37,021 nucleotides of DNA from Catajapyx aquilonaris. Lineage: Eukaryota. The notes under the pieces were generated by a model. It had not been told where the DNA came from, ran no database searches, and worked only from the letters and a program-made list of their open reading frames with translations. Below are positions 33,768-37,021 of the stretch, piece after piece. Every line of letters starts with the position of its first letter. Within the stretch, counting starts at the first letter, position 1. The translations under genes and the position numbers were made by a program. The stretch is from NCBI GenBank assembly GCA_000934665.2, contig JYFJ02003836.1:1-37021 (forward strand), given 5' to 3'.

Positions 33768-35923
33768 TCAGAGGCAAACTTTGATACGTCTCACTTTACA
33801 CCTGATCACAATTTTCTCAATAAGAAATGCGGGTAAGGCCAACAATAGATAACTCAATATCAAGCCGTAGAATAAACCTTGCATTTGTTTTATATTGAGT
33901 GCCAGAGAAGGAATCTGCAACAAGTACCGCCTTTTCCGGGCATCATTGAGCTTATCCACGAAAGGAGTGAAATATGAATACTCCAAATGATACGCATTCA
34001 ATCCAGCAGCATCCGATCGAAGAATCAGGGAATCAAAGCGCGGAAGAAGGACATCATGCTTCGAAAACACCATCCCGCATATGAACCCAGAGGAAGGGTT
34101 GTCCACCGCAACAAAAGGATAGTTGGCCTCCATGTCCAAGAAATCGTAGGCTGCAAAACGGATATACCAATTTTCGCTCAGGCAGGCGTAATCTTCGTTG
34201 AGGACTGAGAGGAGACATTCCTCGAAGTCGTCTCTGGATTCAAGGTTGTCTGCCAGATACTGAAGGCTGTCCAAGTCAGCCTCTCCAAGGAGCATCTTGG
34301 CAAAAATCGCGTGAAGGGAAATGGTGCCCCATCTCCAACCTGGACTCGATATCAGGTCTTCCACATTCCTATACATGCAAGGTGAAATAATGAGTCAGAA
34401 GACACAATTACATCACGGGTAGGCCTGAAGTTGTACTTACTTTGGGAGCGTCTCATAAAGCGGATTAACCAGAAACCCGATCAACTTGGCCGTGTATCCA
34501 CATGTGATGACCACTGCGAATGTCCACCAGAGAGAGAGGAACATCCTGGCAGAGTGTGACCTCGGGACAAGGTTTGGGTTCTCCTCGATCAGGGTCAGGA
34601 GGACATAGGTCAGGGAGTAAGGGAAGAGGGGAGGGGAGGGCTTGGGGAAGGGGGAGGTGACCTTCTTGGTGGTGACCAGGAGGAGAAGCCAGAGGAAGAG
34701 GCTTCCGATGATGCAGGAGATGGCGATCAGGAGCCACATTCCGTAGGTGTACGGTCGGATTATCACGTCCCAGGAGTACAGAATTCGAGGTTTGCGAGTG
34801 AGATAAGTCATGTGAGATCGGTAAAAATGGTAACCAAACTCGACCACTTCAAGAGGACCAGCAACGGCAATTGTTGCAATACTAAAATCAGCCTTCCGGT
34901 TGAGAATAGCTCCGGTCACTCCAATCCATGTGCCATCGTCCATTTTCTCATCCGCGGACACTGCATTTTCCATTAGATCAATCTTCAGCTGGAAGTTTAT
35001 CTTGACGCTCAAGTCTCGAAACAATAATTCCACTAGTTGAAGGTGTTTCCGATCATAAAATCTCTTTTCTATGAGATCATAGTCTGTGAGCAAGTTGTCA
35101 AATGGATAAGCCGCCACAACGGTCTTACCATGCATGTCAAATATGAAATCAGGGAATAAATTCAGCAGACTGGAAGTATTTGAGTCTATTTCGACAATTT
35201 GTGCTTCTCCGTGGTCGCAGAAGAAGCACACTGACCATCGTGACGAGGTCTCCATTTCCATTACCAACTTTTTGCTGTAAGTAACAAGATCAAGGGATTA
35301 TTACTCACATATTTCAAGATATGTGCAACTAAATATTCTGCTATATAATTCGGATTGTATGGACAGACTACAGAATTTACTCACCCGAGTATCCTGGAGT
35401 GTGGATGCAGAAGTATCTCCTCCACCCCTCCATCCCTGGTGAAGAAGACGAAGTGGTGCAGACGGGTGTTGAGGAGGACACTGGCTGCAGTGGTCTGGAT
35501 CAGTGACTCCAAGTTCTGGTGACGGAGGAAGAAGACGAACAAGGCGCAGTTGGAGTGATGGGTGGCACTGGGAAGATGCAGCCAGTCGAACCAGTACGTG
35601 ACTGGTGAGGTGTGGTTGACTGTCGGATCTTCAACTATGACCTCTGTGGTGGTGGAGTCTTCCTGTGGCCCGAGTCTGATGTGCAGAGTCAAGTGTTGGT
35701 CATCTGGACTGATGGGTCTGTCCACCAAGCGAGCCAGTTGGTTGGGCAGACGGGAGTAGTCGTGGGCCAGGACTGTCAGGCAGGTGCTGTCCAGCTGGGT
35801 CTGGATGGCCTCCAGAAGGAGGATCTCTCGCTCAAGTGTCGCGTTGTCACCCTCATCTCCTAGGCGGATTTGGAGGAAAACGGGGGCCAGCGGGACGAAA
35901 AGGGTGCCCAGGAGAGAAAACAT
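33768..35923 (-). CDS. Divergent ionotropic receptor F; exons 35923-35385, 35274-34441, 34368-33768 (657 aa)
   Basis: In-frame GT-AG joins (1974 nt). DGTWIGVTGAILNRKADF, PRSHSARMFLSLWW, GYTAKLIGFL, FSKHDVLLPRFD. Confidence 0.9.
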
Positions 35924-36392
35924 TGTCTGCGGAGTGATCGCAACAATTGTGCAACAGCTAACGGCAGAGAAGCGGTACTTAAATGACAACATACTAGTCT
36001 CTATGAGCAGATTCGTAAATGCTTTGACATTTGAATTTTCATTCGCGTAATTATTACCCCTTGATTGATAAAGCGAAAACCCAATTTGCAAATCACATAC
36101 GATTTCAAATCAAATATTATTCTTGAATACGTATGTGGTGCACCCGTGCGGTAAATTTAATAGGTCTACAATAAGAAACTGTGGTATTGATATGACATGC
36201 TTTAACTGGAATCTAATTTTACGCTCGAACTCACGGGAACATTGTTACACTTTGAATGATGTATAGTGAGCTTATTTTTTGTACAAATGGCCTACCCCAG
36301 ACTACCGAGTAAATCTCTTCATTTATTGAATTTAGAAATGATAGAAACAAATCACTTTGCTATACCAGGTGTAGAATACTATTGCCTTTTAC
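35924..36392. repeat. Upstream region of F, closely similar to upstream region of E (31813-~32278)
   Basis: Colinear from CAGCTAACGGCAGAGA through TTTAGAAATGATAGAAACAAATCACTTT to ATTGCCTTTTACA. Confidence 0.85.
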
Positions 36393-37021
36393 AAAACCGT
36401 TATGAAAGAGTGGCAACAACACGGACACGCCACAACAACACGTACTACAAGTAAAATAACAACATAATTATGTCAATGATTGCCAGTGTTGCAATAACTT
36501 TTGTGTTTATTTTGTCTGTGAATTGTGATACAAAGTCAATGATTTGCTTAGATATATGCTCAAAGTAAAACGAGGAAAGTTATAATTGAAAGCATGGTAA
36601 AATGTTAACTACCTATAAGACAGTCATGTCTCATCATTGTGCAGTATTCTTTTCTGGATCAAGGGAGATGGACAAGTAGTCTTCCCTAAGTAGCCTTGTA
36701 ATGGATAATACAAGTGTAAAAAGTGCGACGAAAATAAAAATTCTTATCCAAGAGGTATAAAATGCGTTGCTCCCTTGCTGCAATTATTATTATTATTGCT
36801 TCAATTTCCGGGGAAGGACGAGGAAAAGTAGGTCTATATACCAACTTGTGTAGTTTTCTCCTTCAGTAAAACTGTGCCTCCAATTATTGTCTTGGAAGTA
36901 ATAACTAATAAGTTATAATACACTTGGTTTGTATCATCAGTGAATCAAGTATTGTCCCGCCATGCGGGTTACAGTCTGGCCAGGATAACTTTGACCTCGC
37001 TCGTTAACCATCGACTACGCT

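Noticed and set aside
4271..35923. Assigning named IR symbols (IR21a, IR93a, IR25a) or synaptic iGluR identity
   Set aside because: Short N-terminal domain and missing glutamate-binding Arg argue against iGluR or co-receptor identity. Orthology needs a phylogeny, so no symbol was given.
35924..36091. N-terminal extensions of the ORF-track proteins (F; also B 13136-13255, D 25952-26001, E 31064-31134)
   Set aside because: Upstream or intronic read-through. Paralog comparison, signal peptides and AG acceptors place the true boundaries downstream.
1..37021. CRISPR array or prokaryotic defence/diversity-generating system
   Set aside because: No regularly spaced short repeats with unique spacers, no reverse transcriptase or Cas ORF; the window has spliceosomal introns and SINEs.

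Overview
Eukaryotic (GT-AG introns; invertebrate-like, organism not determinable) tandem array of divergent ionotropic receptor (IR, variant iGluR chemoreceptor-type) genes, all on the minus strand. It holds six intact-looking 3-exon genes (A-F, 648-657 aa, both introns phase 2, exon 2 always 834 bp), the 5' end of a seventh gene cut by the window edge, and a truncated exon-1 remnant. The strongest signal is patchwork evolution. The M1-pore-M2 channel block and parts of exon 1 are nearly identical in DNA across paralogs whose ligand-binding lobes are strongly diverged, and several genes are promoter or exon-1 chimeras. Intergenic DNA carries tRNA-derived SINEs, a LINE 3' fragment, several MITEs, a MULE-like element nested in a SINE, and a 3.3-kb foldback element with ~1.36-kb inverted arms. 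Gene models and identities were read by eye; no database search was run.
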